From assembly GCF_006345805.1 (NCBI RefSeq), contig NW_021834663.1, positions 1 through 59,194 of the forward strand: 59,194 nucleotides of DNA, in the 5' to 3' direction. Below, in pieces: positions 1-13,672 of the stretch (position 1 is its first letter; every line of letters begins with the position of its first letter). The translations under genes and the position numbers were made by a program. Below the pieces are notes generated by a model that saw nothing but the letters and a program-made list of their open reading frames with translations, did no database searches and had not been told where the DNA came from. This DNA is from Octopus sinensis (Eukaryota).

Positions 1-6
1 ATATAT

Positions 7-233
7 ATTTCTTTACTACCCACAAGGGGTTAAACATAGAGGGGACAAACAAGGACAGACAAGGGGATTAAGTCGATTACATCGACCCCAGTGCGTAACT
101 GGTACTTAATTTATCGACCTCGAAAGGATGAAAGGCAAAGTCGACTTCGGCGGAATTTGAACTCGGAACGTAACGGCAGACGAAATACGGCTACGCATTT
201 CGCCCGGCATGCTAACGTTTCTGCCAGCTCGCC
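7..233 (-). mobile_element. tRNA-derived SINE, family A (head ggcggcgagctggcagaa, tail gggtagtaaagaaata)
   Basis: Reverse complement of the near-identical copy at 11584-11815; more than 10 copies in the window; Pol III box A/B-like head. Confidence 0.85.
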
Positions 234-810
234 GGTAATATATATATATCTGAAGTCAGATACATGGCGAGGTAATTTCTAAGAACCCACCACTACATAC
301 GCTCATATATCATAACTAGTAACATTACTAGATACAGGGCAATCTAAGCACTATACTGCAACCTGGCTGGTTAATGATAATATATGTGGCGCTCTATCTC
401 ATATAATAATAGTCCTGTATCTAACTCTACACGCCAGATACGTGTGTGTGAGGTGGGGACTTTGTATCAGCGTTTGTCCCACTCACAGCTTGACAACCGA
501 TGTTGCTTTGCTTACGCCTTGTAACTTAGAGGTTCAGGAGAAAGGACCCGATAGAATAAGTACCAAGACTCTAAAAAGAACACTAAAAAACAAAAAAGTA
601 GTGGGATTGATTTGTTCGACTAAACTCTTCAAGGCAGTGCCCCAGCATGGCCGCAATATAAATTTAGCATTTAATCGTAATGTAAATGTAGATTTCAGCC
701 CGAACTCTATCTTATCGCTTGAGTTGTTATTTCTACGTTATCTCTCGTATTTTCTTTCTAACTCCACTTTTCTACTTTCACTTTCTCAGTAATTAATTTG
801 TTACGGAGCT

Positions 811-892
811 CTGTTCGTTAACCAAATCGTTAACCAAATCTGTGCGTTAAACAAATCTGTCGTTAACCAAATCTGTTCGTTAATCAAATCGT
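811..892. repeat. Short degenerate tandem repeat, unit about cgttaaccaaatc(tgtt), 5 copies
   Basis: Read directly from the sequence. Confidence 0.8.
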
Positions 893-1241
893 TGGGAAAC
901 TGAAATGCATATAAGCAGTAATCCGTTCCAAGTCACACTCACACTCACACTCCACATGGTGACTTGAAACGATGCTTCATTTGAGCATCCATCGATAACA
1001 GGTAAGTGAAAGTAGTCTTATGAGTAAATATTTAAGTATATATTTGTGCGTATATATGTAATACTGTGTGTATGTGTGTATGAGTGTGTATATGTGCTTA
1101 TATGTGTGTTCCTTTCCCGTTTGTTTGCTTCTGCAGATCAATGGTTATATGGTTATATTGTCTGTGTGAAAGTACACGACTTCGTGGTTATGTTATTCCG
1201 CTCACGAACAAAAGCATATGCGCACACGCACACTCTATCTG

Positions 1242-1307
<66 letters not shown>

Positions 1308-1308
1308 A

Positions 1309-1366
<58 letters not shown>

Positions 1367-1390
1367 ATATATATATATATTTCTATGTAT

Positions 1391-1797
1391 ACTCTTTACT
1401 CTTTTACTTGTTTCAGTCATTTGACTGCGGCCATGCTGGAGCACCGCCTTTAATCGAGCAACTCGACCCCGGGACTTATTCTTTTGTAAGCCCAGTACTT
1501 ATTCTATCGGTCTCTTTTGCCGAACCGCTAAGTAACGGGGACATAAACACACCAGCATCGGTTGTCAAGCAATGCTAGGGAGACAAACACAGACACACAA
1601 ACACACACACGCATATATATACATACATATATATGACGGGCTTCTTTTCAGTTTCCGTCTACCAAATCCACTCACAAGGCTTTGGTCGGCCCGAGGCTAT
1701 AGTAGAAGACACTGGCCCAAAGTGCCACGCAGTGGGACTGAACCCGGAAACATGTGGTCGGTAAACAAGCTACTTACCACACAGTCACTCCTGCGCC
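1391..1797 (-). mobile_element. tRNA-derived SINE, family B (head ggcgcaggagtggctgtgtggtaag, internal microsatellite, (aaaagagt)n tail)
   Basis: Full-length match to copies at 41500-41875, 50520-50905 and 20160-20885. Confidence 0.85.
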
Positions 1798-1838
1798 TAT
1801 ATATATTACTTTTAATTTTACTTTACATATATGTATAT

Positions 1839-1870
1839 ACTAGCTGACGTACCCGGTAATTCCCGGGAAA
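1839..1870 (-). mobile_element. Helitron-type 3' terminus
   Basis: Minus strand reads cccggg-aatta-ccggg hairpin, then tacgtcagCTAG-T running into a TA repeat. Confidence 0.55.
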
Positions 1871-1899
1871 GCGGGGTTAAGGCAACAACAACAATATAA

Positions 1900-2420
1900 A
1901 GTATGTAGCTCTTAAAACGGTTGTTCTGCCTTTACGGAGAATGCCAGGGTATTGAGAGAAGTAGAAGTGAGAGTCGAGAACTGGGTTGGAACGGGTGGGA
2001 TGAGTAATATTTTAAAGGGTGGTCGTTAAGTTATCAGTTACGGATGGTTGAGGTGATAGAACTGAGAAGGAGAAATTGATTCAATGAGAAAAGTGAGGGT
2101 CGAATATGAAAACTGAGTGAAAGCATCTAGTTATAGATGCCGGTAGGGTGGTGGATGGGGAATTCGGAGAATGAAGATGGGTTGGCAGTGGAGGGACAGC
2201 CCTGAAATAGGAAGAAAGGTATGAGAGTAAGTAGAATGAGGTGGACAGAGAGAAAAAATAGGTGTGATATATTGATAGCCAAGGCGAGGATTTGTAGTGC
2301 AAAATTGTTCTCGTTAAAGAAGAAACTAGAAAGAGATGAGGGAAAAGTTCGGAGTATGAGAATAGTGAAGCGGTACAGGAGGATGTACCGAGTAAGTGGA
2401 ATGTGCAAAGGGAATAGAAC
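1900..2420 (-). mobile_element. Degraded Penelope-like element remnant (RT thumb/linker)
   Basis: Minus-strand peptides YSELF...IYHT...PSTTLPASITRCF...DP resemble the PLE YSQFLRLRR...YHPTTLP...SDP region; heavily decayed. Confidence 0.4.
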
Positions 2421-2457
2421 GACACACACACACACACACACACCACACACACACACA

Positions 2458-2530
<73 letters not shown>

Positions 2531-4448
2531 AGGCATGGTATAAGTAGAAGGGGTGTGTTGCTAGTGCGGCTAAGTTGTAATCTAAGGTTGTATCGTAATT
2601 AGGTAAATATACAGATTATATGTAATGAGTAAACGATGAGTATATTTTGTGTTTGCATGAAAGGATTACATCTGAGAATCTATTAAGTAATGATAAGTTG
2701 TGGTGGCATAGGATAGTGAAAGATTTCCTTCAACACAGTTTACAAACTCCAAGGTCTCAGTTGTACAGTGTGCCTTCGCAGATAATGGGCCTAGTATGAA
2801 CGTGGCGTTACTACCCGGCATTTGTAAACTACGTATTTGCGTAGACAAAAACCTTCGACGGGACAGACTTGGCATAGACATGAATTGTAGATTTTCTTGC
2901 CTGTACTGTTTTTTTCAAGGTTGATAGATTGTGGATGTGTGGCAGTAGTTCTGGTAGGTCCAGCGAAAAGTTTGTTTGTTTGCCTGGTTTTGGCATTGAG
3001 AACGGGTTAAAGGCCACTAGATCCCGTCGGATTGACTCCAAAATTTACAGGGACATGTAAAATGAGGTAAGGATGCGAGTGGGCTAGGTTAGAAATCCCC
3101 ATCTTAAAATGGCTCGGGCCAAAAACGCACTTTGACAAGTCTACTCTCATTCTTTAATGTATCTGTCTTCCTCCATCACTCACTCTCTTTCCTCCCTTCA
3201 TTTCACTTTCTATCTATAACGTCGTTTCACAGTGTCTACCTCTCTTCCCTTCAATTTCTCTTTATAACGTCGTTTCACAGCGTCCTATATCCCCCCTCCC
3301 CGCCTTCGACAGCGCTTTCACACACTCTCTCTCTCTCTACGTCTGTCTGCATTCATAGAGAGAATTATCATCGCCACCACCACCACACAATCATGAGAAC
3401 AAATATTATGAATCAGATATTTATTGGGTTAATTTATATGTGTGTGTTCTATATATAAATATGTATATATAATGTATATATACAAAGTGTATATATCTGT
3501 ATTTATATATATATATATATATAATTTGTATACATTTATATATATATAATGCGTACACACACGCACACACACACACACACACAGACACACACACATATAT
3601 ATATATGTATATATAATGTGTGCATTATGTGGTCGGTAGAGCTGAAAATATGCACACTTATGTTAAAAGTGCTGGCGAGTTTGCATGGCAACTATTTTTT
3701 TCCTCAAATGAAAGGCGTGACCTCTAGGACAAAATTCCTGATGTTATAAAATGTGGCCCGCGTAGACCCGAATGAAAGCGGGTTATATTAACCAAAATGT
3801 GAAAAGAAGTCTAAATGGATCTGGAAGGGGATTAAAATTTACAGGAGTGGGTGTTTAGGAATTCTCTGTTACATCAAGCTAAAAAATTTGCGCCAGCCTT
3901 TAAATCGTCAATGTGTTGCCGTCCATGATGAAGAAGTTTTGAATGCTTGCCATGGTGAGTCTACTGTCGTGAGAAAGAATCACTTCAAAATTTGGTGTTT
4001 AGGAATTTTCTTTTACATCAAGTTCAAATTTTTTTGTTGCTGTCCGTCGTTAAGAAATGCCAGCCATGGTGATTCCACTATCCTCAGATTCTATCCCTTC
4101 AAACTTTGGTTTCCAAAATTTTTTTTCAGCTCGCAAGTTCGTCTGTCCCTTTTAAATGTTAGTGTTTTGCTGTCTGCCTTGAAGCAGACCTTTCCGTTGT
4201 CACTGCCTGATATTTATGATTGATCTTTCAAAATATTTTGTTTCTCAACTTACTCAAGATCTTTTGTTGTTTATAAATGGGAGCGAGATAGATAGAGAAA
4301 AATAGAGAGTAAGAGAAAGCGAGGGAGAGTCGGAGAGAAAGGAAGAGTAAGAGAGTGGGAAAATGAGAGAGAAAGGATAGAGAAACAAAGAGAGAGAATG
4401 TGGGGATAAAAAACAGAAAGGAGTACCAGACAGTAACAACACACTCTT

Positions 4449-4480
4449 ACCCGCGCGTAGAGCAGGTCACCATAAGCTAG

Positions 4481-4481
<1 letters not shown>
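4449..4481 (+). mobile_element. Helitron-type 3' terminus
   Basis: acccgc...gcaggt imperfect hairpin, then cataagCTAG-T into (TA)n. Confidence 0.5.
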
Positions 4482-4513
<32 letters not shown>

Positions 4514-4949
4514 TATATATATATCTGTCTGTCTATTCTCCCTTCTTTCACTCTATCTATCTCTATATAAATGCATACGTATACATAAGCACAAATATAC
4601 TTATGTATACACACATATATATTTTTGTGTGTTTATGTAAGCCAGGCTGTTTGTAAGTATGCGGTTGGAAGGATGTTTGCATATGTCTGTGAGTCTTCAT
4701 GTGTGTATGTGTATATACGTGCATGTGTGCGAACGTGTGTGTGTGTGTGTGTCTAATGATTTGACTTTGACAGAGCTGGTCAAAGCAACCTAATTCTAAA
4801 TGGCTATGTTCTTCAGTATAATAAATCTCTTTCTTTCTTCCTTCCTTCCTTCCTTTCTTTCTTTCTTTTTCATTCTTTTATTTCTGCCTTTCTTTCTTTT
4901 TCTTTCTTCTTTCTTTCTTCTCTCTCTCTCTCCCTTTCTTTCTTTTTTG

Positions 4950-4980
<31 letters not shown>

Positions 4981-5736
4981 GCTCTTTCTCTCTATAACAT
5001 AATCTGTCACATAAGAAATAGTCAACGCGTAATGAACGAATGACAAAGAAAATATTAAACATACTTTTAGATAGATTACATAGGAGGAAATATCTATTAT
5101 CACACATGTTCCCAAATGCCAAGTTGCGGAAAACGCAAGGCATAACTTTCTGCTCCTATACTTTTAAAAAATTCAGTTTTTAAATGTATTTTCTACTACA
5201 AACTTTTCCAACAAACGATACATTCTATTGATGAGGTATTTGTATTTCTATCTATTTTCTACTGAATACACGCGAGCCTCTAACGGTCACAGATTTTACA
5301 AACGAGATAGTCATTTCATCATAACAGGAAACAGGATTATAAATACGAACTTGATCTTCAGGATATAGGTAAAGTTATACGTAGATTTCACAGATTCATT
5401 TTTTATTGCTTATTTCATAAGAAGTTCTTAATTTTATTCGTTCGTAAAGCACTATTTGTTTCTTTTTAGAAATCTTCAGTATGATGTAACTTGTGACTTA
5501 TTAATTAAACATTTTATGAAATGAGACATTTAACGATGGAAATAATTACAGTATGGACGAAATTCGTAGAATGGCTGCGGCTTAGAAATCGAGACAACAG
5601 GATTTCTTAGTGATTACATACACAAAAATAACGGTTTCCTGATAATCTACCTTGTGAAAAAATAATTTTAGTTTTAGCAACAAACCACTTCATAAGGTGC
5701 TTTCAATATATTCTTTGGAGTGCAGACATTCGTTTA

Positions 5737-5791
5737 AAGCCGTTATTTCTTAGTTGTAATTATTCGAAAGTGTAGTGGAACAAACATTCTA

Positions 5792-5822
<31 letters not shown>

Positions 5823-5959
5823 GTGTTGTTGTGTGTGTGTGTGTGTCTATGTCTGTGTGTATGTATATATATATATATACATACACACATACACCACACA
5901 CACACACACAAACACACACACATACACACCAATATATATATAATATATATATAATATAT

Positions 5960-6017
<58 letters not shown>

Positions 6018-6073
6018 AGTAGATGTTTGTTCCACTACACATTCGAATAATTACAACTAAGAAATAACGGCTT
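5737..6073. repeat. Fold-back palindrome: 55-bp arms from a PLE 3' end around a mirrored TA/TG...CA/TA microsatellite core
   Basis: aagccgttatttcttagttgtaattattcg...ctac (5737-5792) is the near reverse complement of 6019-6073. Confidence 0.85.
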
Positions 6074-6400
6074 AAAATATTTAGGATTCTTCCAAGTTCT
6101 GCCAAACACTCACTGGTCAATACCTATAAAGTTCCAAGTTCTGCTTACATAATTTGCTTCTATTTATATAAGTTCTCGGTTGTTCAAGGAGCTTCCATTT
6201 AATCATATATGGGGTTCCTTCCTTTTTAAGCGCCATACGTGGCTAGTCAGAGGTGCGATGTTGCGCCTTTCCAGTATCCTAAAACAAGACGTGTGGTTGT
6301 TCAGACGTGGCTTAAACGGGGACACATTTGAACCGACATATTTTCGTGTCTGCGTGATGGATGTACTACTACCACCAATGTTACTTTCGTCAACTCCGGG
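6020..6400 (-). mobile_element. Penelope-like element, GIY-YIG endonuclease fragment
   Basis: Peptide TQTRKYVGSNVSPFKPRLNNHTSCFRILERRN...LTSHVWRLK fits the PLE GIY-YIG pattern (YIG...FK.R..NH..SF...L..HVW.LK). Confidence 0.8.
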
Positions 6401-6829
6401 TCTTATGTCGCTGCCGGTGTAAATATTCTTGGGCGTGAGGCTGTTGGTTCCGTTGCTGCTGGAATAGCAGCTACTTCCAGTCGTGAAACTGGTGTTGCTG
6501 TTGCATACGTAACTGTCGATATTGTTGTCTTTCTTTGCTTGAAGCGCTGCTGTCGCCACCACCGTCACCGCAACCACTGTTGTCGTTGTCAGCTGCATCA
6601 TTACAGTTTACCCTGTTACTCTGATCACCGCAGTCACAGCCGTCATTCTTGTCGTCATTCATTTCAACTTACCTTCTTCATAACTGCATTGTTTCTGAGT
6701 AAACCGAGATCTCAGTGCTCGTAGAAGACTTCAAAAATGTAACTAGTAGCGACTTTTCTTGAAAGTGGATAAACTTTGGCATCGTGGTGTTCTAAGTATC
6801 TGCTGAGTTGGCTGCTACATTATCGAATG

Positions 6830-7515
6830 AGGCTCAAGCTTTATCAACAGAGCAAAATGGACAGCCAGATTTTGGAGGGAAATGGAGAGTCTTGAAGATG
6901 ACCCACCACCGAAAAAACATTGATTATGTTCACCACATGGTGACGGAGACACGCAATTGACTATAAATTAAATAGCAAATGCTACTAGTATATCGTGTGA
7001 AAGAGTTAATGAACTTAGCATGACGAAGGTTTCTGGTCGATGTGTGCCACATCTTCTGACACCCGAACAAAAGTGTACTAGGCTGATCACATCGCCGGAA
7101 AATTTGACATTGTTTCAGGCAGATAGAGCTGTCTTGACTTCTTTGAGTGTTTCCTAACCTAAAATGAATGTTTGGTTTATCACTGTAAGTCAGAGACAAA
7201 GAGACAGTCCTTGCAGCGGAAACATCTCAACGCATCTACTCGAAATAAGGCCAAGATAGGTTCATCTACAGAGAAGTTTGTGGCCTCAGTATTTTGAGAT
7301 GCAAAAGGTATTGTGTCTATTGACTATCTTCAAACGAACCACACCATTAATGGAGCGTACTATGCCAACTTGCTGAGGCAGTTATGAAAGGTTATCAGAA
7401 TCAAACGCCCAGGAAAGCTGAGGAAAGGGGTCTTGTTTCGTCAAGACCATGCTCCAGCTCACAACTCTTTGGTTTCAATGGCTGCTCTGTATGACTTTGG
7501 TGTTGAACTGGTTAG
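6830..7515 (+). mobile_element. Mariner (DD34D-type) transposase remnant, frameshifted
   Basis: Fragments translate as TKVSGRCVPHLLTPEQK, VASVF*DAKGIVSIDYLQ, TINGAYYANLLRQL and KRPGKLRKGVLFRQDHAPAH (WVPHLL and HDNAPAH motifs). Confidence 0.85.
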
Positions 7516-7827
7516 TTGCTAGTCACAATTCTCTTTTCACAACACGATATGTGAGCCATTAGAAAATCGATACGACTTCTGAGACAAGATCTAATATATA
7601 TTCGATGCAAACGTCATACAAGTGTTGCTGTCGCGCGCAAAACAAATAATACAAGCAAGCATTGATTAGGTAAGAATGATAGGAGGATATGGAAAATCGG
7701 AGTGTTTCGATTTGTGAAATATACCTATGTATATATGTTTGTATGCATGTGTGTATGCATGCATGAATATGTGTATATATGTATATATGTATGTACACAC
7801 ACATACACACACACGCATATATATATA

Positions 7828-7881
<54 letters not shown>

Positions 7882-7919
7882 ATATATTTATATATATATA
7901 TATATATAGTATATATATA

Positions 7920-7977
<58 letters not shown>

Positions 7978-8325
7978 GTATGTAATATATATATATATAT
8001 TTAATTCACAAGGAAAGATCCCAGAGAAACCGTTACCAGGGTATAATTTCTAAGAAATTAGTAACCACACTTTCATGGGTGACAATTCTGAGAAGTGAGA
8101 CGTGTTTTGGAGAACATAGGAGTAATGGAAAATAGAGACAAACGCACAAGATGTTATTTAAATCATTTATATCACCATATCACCGACATGTGTTTCAATT
8201 GATACATTAAAATTCTGAAAGGAAGAATAATGTGGAATAATGTATTAATCTCATCAGGGAGGAGATATAATCAACAGTGCTCATTAATAAGCCATTTTTG
8301 TAGATGTAAGAAACTATAATTCTAT

Positions 8326-8360
<35 letters not shown>

Positions 8361-9068
8361 AACAATATATGAAAAACAAGGTGGATACAGAACGCTAGTA
8401 ATTTTAAAAAACCGTTAAGAAATTTTACGTCATAGGACGAGAGAAGAAGGGACAGAAAAGAGAAAGAAGTTAAAGTAGTAACAGAGGTAGAAACAAATAG
8501 AAAGTGAGTGACAAATGGATATAATGATAAAGGAAAAAATTGAATGAGTGGGATGAAAAGCATAAAGTGAAAGTTGTAAATATTATTAGGTAAGGGGGAA
8601 GAAATTATTTGAAATAGCTGAAAGTGTGTTTTTTCCGATGTAAACACCTGTAAACACACTCTTTATAGGTGTTGACCAGTGAGTGTTTGGAAAAATGGAT
8701 AAATAGCTGTTCGTCTGGTCAAAGAGGACAAAACGATTTCCCTTTATCATAAGGTAACGACTCTGACAAAATTTTCCAATCCAAAGAAAATTATTTATTA
8801 CAGTTTTGAGATGCCAAATTAGTTTACTATGTTTATTAATATATTTAAATGTAGAAAGATGGTTGGCATCTTATATGTATATATTACAAATTATATATGA
8901 ATCTTAAGATTAATTTCCATAGAATCATCAGGGAAAAATAGTCTTTACGCTAGATATGCATTTAGTTCTTTACCAGGTATGAGATAATTTGATGCTTTAT
9001 AGCAAAGCGGATACAGCTATGTAAATTAAGGAAGTTTTTATGAGGGCTTACTGAATGTCTTAAAATTT

Positions 9069-9199
9069 TATTTGTATTGGCGATATATTGTTGTGCAACA
9101 GAAAATATTGCTAAGTATATCGTCTCATGAAAGTTGAATAAATTCGAACCCACTTAGCAATATTTTCTGTTGCACAACAATATATCGCCAATACAAATA
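9069..9199. repeat. Perfect 48-bp inverted repeat, 35-bp spacer
   Basis: 9069-9116 is the exact reverse complement of 9152-9199. Confidence 0.9.
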
Positions 9200-10128
9200 T
9201 AAATTTTAATAGTCAGTAAACAATCTAATTATACTTCCATCAACCCTTATAGAAACTTTCAGAATTTCCATAGCTTTATTCGCTCTTCTTTAAAGCATCG
9301 AATTTCGCCAAGGTCGACTTTGCGTTACGTCCTTTCGGGGTTAATAAATTAAGTACTAGTGAACCACTGGGGTCGATATAATCGACCACTCCTCTCCTCC
9401 AAATTTCAGGTCTTGTGCCTATAGTAAAAAAGATTATTATCATTATTGAGTGAGAGAGTATTGCATGCCATCAATGTGACACTGGGTTACAAATATACGA
9501 AGCCTAGTATACCCATCATTGCTATAACCCATTTGCCCTTCGTTGAACCATGAATGTGTCATCCGCAGAGATAGTCGCATCCATGCATATGTAGATGAGC
9601 CCTAATACACTAACTATTCTATAACTTAAGGATGTAGTTTAAGGTTGTGTCAAGGATCTTGATTAAGTACAAGTATGCTAACACAGAAGTCGCCAAATAA
9701 TCACCCCAACACATAAAAGAACGCGTACTTGGAACCACTGGTTGGACAATATTAGATATTTGACTTATTTATAGTTAAGATAACTTGCACTTGCTGTATT
9801 CGCATACTTAAACATTACATTCCATGACCGAATGACATTTATATAGATATTAGCAAGTGTGAGCACCAGTTTGAGAAATAAACGCGTCAGAGAGTCACGT
9901 GTTTATTGCTTGTCCAGCGGCCAAATTACCGACTAAACAACAAAGTGTTTGCCATCCCACAACGTTTGATATTATGTTTTATAAATAGTTCTGGTATTCT
10001 AATGGTACACTTCAAATAATGTGATTGGTAAGGCAGTCGCTCATGCTTTATATACCTACATACACACACACATATATGTATATATTTTTGTGTTGCAGTT
10101 TTTTAATAAAGTACATATATAAATCTTA

Positions 10129-10170
<42 letters not shown>

Positions 10171-10249
10171 TATATATATATGTACATATATGTATATATA
10201 TATATAACAAAGTGAAGTTGTAAGTTACCACACTAGTGGAAATATATAT

Positions 10250-10573
10250 GAAAGAAGGTTTGAAAATGCAATTTTAAAGATTTTCATTCACCTGACCGGC
10301 TTCACCCTCCTGAACAAAGACGCTCTCCAAAAGCTTGAATCAAGAATCATGGAGAAAGATAGAAACTCAAGCTTTTGGAGAACGTCTTTGTTAATGGCTA
10401 CCTCCATCACCTTAGAAATGACTTAGAAATGAGTGCGACAGGAGGGTAGTTGATCAGGTTAGAGGGATTGCCATTCTTTGGAATAAGACATATTAGCGTC
10501 TTCCAAATATCAGGAGGGTGAAGCCGGTCAGGTGAATGAACATCTTTAAAATTGCATTTTCAAGCCTTCTTTC
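10250..10573. repeat. Palindrome built from a LINE reverse-transcriptase fragment
   Basis: Minus strand of 10367-10530 reads PPDIWKTLICLIPKNGNPSNLINYPPVALISKVMEVAINKDVLQKLE (RT N-terminal PK.G...NYRPI.L motif). 10250-10338 is its inverted copy lacking about 120 bp. Confidence 0.75.
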
Positions 10574-10577
10574 ATAT

Positions 10578-10622
<45 letters not shown>

Positions 10623-10977
10623 ATATATATATATATATATATAAAATCAATAAATGGTGCAGTTGTGTTGACCGCACGTGGAAAAATGATAGGCAATGTA
10701 AAATTAAAAAGGCAGAATTGAGGAAAATTTTAATGAAAATGGGTGTGTATGGAAAATTTTTAAAATATAATAAAATATATATATATATTAATTCAAATCG
10801 GTTTTCGTCACAATGTGACTTTTCAAGAATTTTTGAGAAAAAAATAATAAAATAAACATGTACAAAATAAAAAAATAGGTATTTCCGATACATTGTAAAG
10901 TCTTTGTGTATCTCGAATTGATTAGTTATTGAAAAAATTACCTTGGAGGATTGAGATCCATGTGATTAATCCACGTG

Positions 10978-11021
<44 letters not shown>

Positions 11022-11022
<1 letters not shown>

Positions 11023-11054
11023 CTAGCAAACGCCACCCCCCGTCCATTGGACGG
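11022..11054 (-). mobile_element. Helitron-type 3' terminus
   Basis: Minus strand ccgtcc-aat-ggacgg hairpin, then gggtggcgtttgCTAG-T into (TA)n. Confidence 0.55.
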
Positions 11055-11102
11055 TTTTTATTGGTGAAGAGGGTTAACTCGGACGGTGATAAGTTGTGCA
11101 GA

Positions 11103-12368
11103 TGTTTGGTGATTGCATGGGATTGTTGCTTTTGGTTAGGGAATTAAAGATTCTTGATATATTAGAACTGTTTCTTCTAAATAAGGAAAATTGATTCATA
11201 GTGAATCTTAACACAGTAAACCTTTTCAAAATTGTCATGTGGCCAATAAACTGAAGGAAAGCTGTTCAGCCCACAATACATACAACTTCCTGTGGAATAG
11301 GACATCATAATTAACCTTAAACTTTTTGCACTCAAACACTTTCACATTAGGATAAGCACAATATACTCTTCCTTAGTACATACCTCATGTTGACACTTAC
11401 ACGTCAGACTAAACACTGTTTTATTTCCGAAGTGAGTATTGCAAGTGATATTTAAGCAATAAACAGTTCTTTGGCTTTTGCATTTGACGACTGTTGCTTT
11501 ACGTATTTTATTTCGATTTTCACTGGCGTGGTTTTAAGAACTACGGGAAAAGTAGCATTAGTTTCGAATAAAAATATAAATAGGGCGGCGAGCTGGCAGA
11601 ACCGTTAGCACGCCGGGCGAAATGCGTAGCTGTATTTCGTCTGCCGTTACATTCTGAGTTCAAATTCCGCCGAGGTTGACTTTGCCTTTCATCCTTTCGG
11701 GGTCGATAAATTAAGTACCAGTTACGCACTGGGGTTCGATGTAATCGACTTAATCCGTTTGTCTGTCCTTGTTTGTCCCCTCTATGTTTAGCCCCTTGTG
11801 GGTAGTAAAGAAATAAGAAGTTTTAATCACCCGATGGACAGGAAAACAGAAAATACTACTCAATAAAGGCGCAAAGATGCTTCGAGAAGTCTCTCTTCTC
11901 ACAAAACCTGACACAAAAAGAGTTGAAACGCGGGGGTGAAATAACACAATGTGCAATAAAATAACATAAGGCATGATCTATGCAAATCAATTTTATCTCA
12001 AAAATTGAACAATACCGCTTATTTTTTAAAGTTGGATGAGAAACGTTAGGCAAGTTTTTTAGATGTAATACCCCACTAAATTTTTCATGTTTTACAAGCA
12101 ACGTGAAAAATTGGGGGGGGGGGCGGTTTACATATAAAAAACTTGCCTAACGTTTCTCATCCAACTTTAAAAATAAGCGGTATTGTGGGCTGAACAGCTT
12201 TCCATAATTTTATTTGTCCACATGACAATTTTGAAAAGGTTCACTGTGTTACGATTTACTATCAATCAAATTTCCTTATTTAGAAGAGACTGTCTGTCAA
12301 CAATTTTAACGTCTCAGGAATCTTTAATGCCCTAATCAAAAGCAACAACCCCATGCAATCACCAAACA
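11103..12368. repeat. Inverted repeat pair of about 180 bp (11103-11279 / 12180-12368) enclosing a SINE and a 178-bp hairpin (12009-12186)
   Basis: Arms aligned by eye at roughly 80% identity; inner hairpin arms 12009-12060 / 12136-12186 are near perfect. Confidence 0.8.
11584..11815 (+). mobile_element. SINE family A, full length
   Basis: Head ggcggcgagctggcagaa, box B-like gagttcaaattcc, tail gtagtaaagaaata. Confidence 0.9.
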
Positions 12369-12909
12369 CCACAATTAGTCTTTTCTACTTTCAGTTGAAT
12401 TTTGTTGAGAATATCTTCAGAAAATTGAGTGATCACTAGTTATTTATTTGCCTTATTTTCACTTTTTTACTCACTTAAAATAACTGGCTTCTCCTACTAG
12501 CTTTTCATGTCAGCTGGTTTATTGCACGAAAAACAGCCATAAGAACATAATTGTCCGCGGATGCATGTGGTTGATTACGGTTAATTAGAGTTAGAGTGAT
12601 ATCAATTTTTTAGCCGCTTACAAACGTGTGAAAACGCAGGAATCAATCCAGTTGTTCGTGGTCTAACATTTAAATCGAAATGAGACAAGCTTTATTTATC
12701 TGTCATTTGAATGTGAAGACGTAGAAATGAATTGTTTAGAATGTCGGTTAATGAGCACGATTGCGAAAGAAACAGGAAAAAAGATTACAACAAATCTTTT
12801 TAGATTATGGAACACCTCGTTCTCTCATGTATCCATGCTTAAAATTTTTAGCGGGATCGGATGAACAATACTCTAGTTAAAAGCGCACAAAAAACAAAGA
12901 CAGAACTGG

Positions 12910-12989
<80 letters not shown>

Positions 12990-13059
12990 GTCTATCTATC
13001 TATCTATCTATCTATCAGCTATCTATCTATCTATCTATCTCTCTCTCTCTCTCTTCTCG

Positions 13060-13137
<78 letters not shown>

Positions 13138-13262
13138 TATAGTAAAAGCAATTAAGATTCAAGTGAGTTCTGTTGAATTCACATGAATGCGGTACTTAAC
13201 TTAGATGCACCAGAAATCTATATGGTATTAACCATAAGATATTGCGGGGTGATTATAAACAA

Positions 13263-13309
<47 letters not shown>

Positions 13310-13640
13310 ATATATATATATGTCCAAGCGCACATAGTACACTTAATCCAACGACTGAATTCTCAAAATCGAAGCCGATCGAGAACCACCAACACTCATA
13401 CAACACACAAACATACACGCACGCACACACACACACACACGTGCGCATGAGCGTACATGCATGCGTGGTTGACTTTGCGGCAGAATAATTCATTGTGTGT
13501 TTCATTATTTGGTTAGATTGGCATGCATACACATGCCTGCAACCTATAAACACAAAACATTAAAAATGAATGCAGATGATCGCAAGCACGCACTGGCGCC
13601 TGCATGCACACTCACACACACACACACACAACAACATATA

Positions 13641-13670
<30 letters not shown>

Positions 13671-13672
<2 letters not shown>

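Noticed and set aside
811-892. CRISPR-like array
   Set aside because: There are no unique spacers, the context is eukaryotic and no cas genes are present.
1046-1578. ORFs rich in YLSI/IYIY/THTH/CVCV here and throughout the track (e.g. 7.7, 12.9, 34.4-36.3, 53.6, 56.1 kb)
   Set aside because: They are translations of (TATC)n, (TA)n and (CA)n repeats or of SINE bodies, with no protein signal.
2660-3120. GC-richer non-repetitive stretch with 70-aa minus-strand ORFs
   Set aside because: No recognisable motif or splice pattern; probably an old TE fragment, but I cannot assign it.
3845-4090. Degenerate direct repeat of about 145 bp with a mariner-like peptide (HGESTV)
   Set aside because: The match is too short to call a transposase; it may be Helitron-captured sequence.
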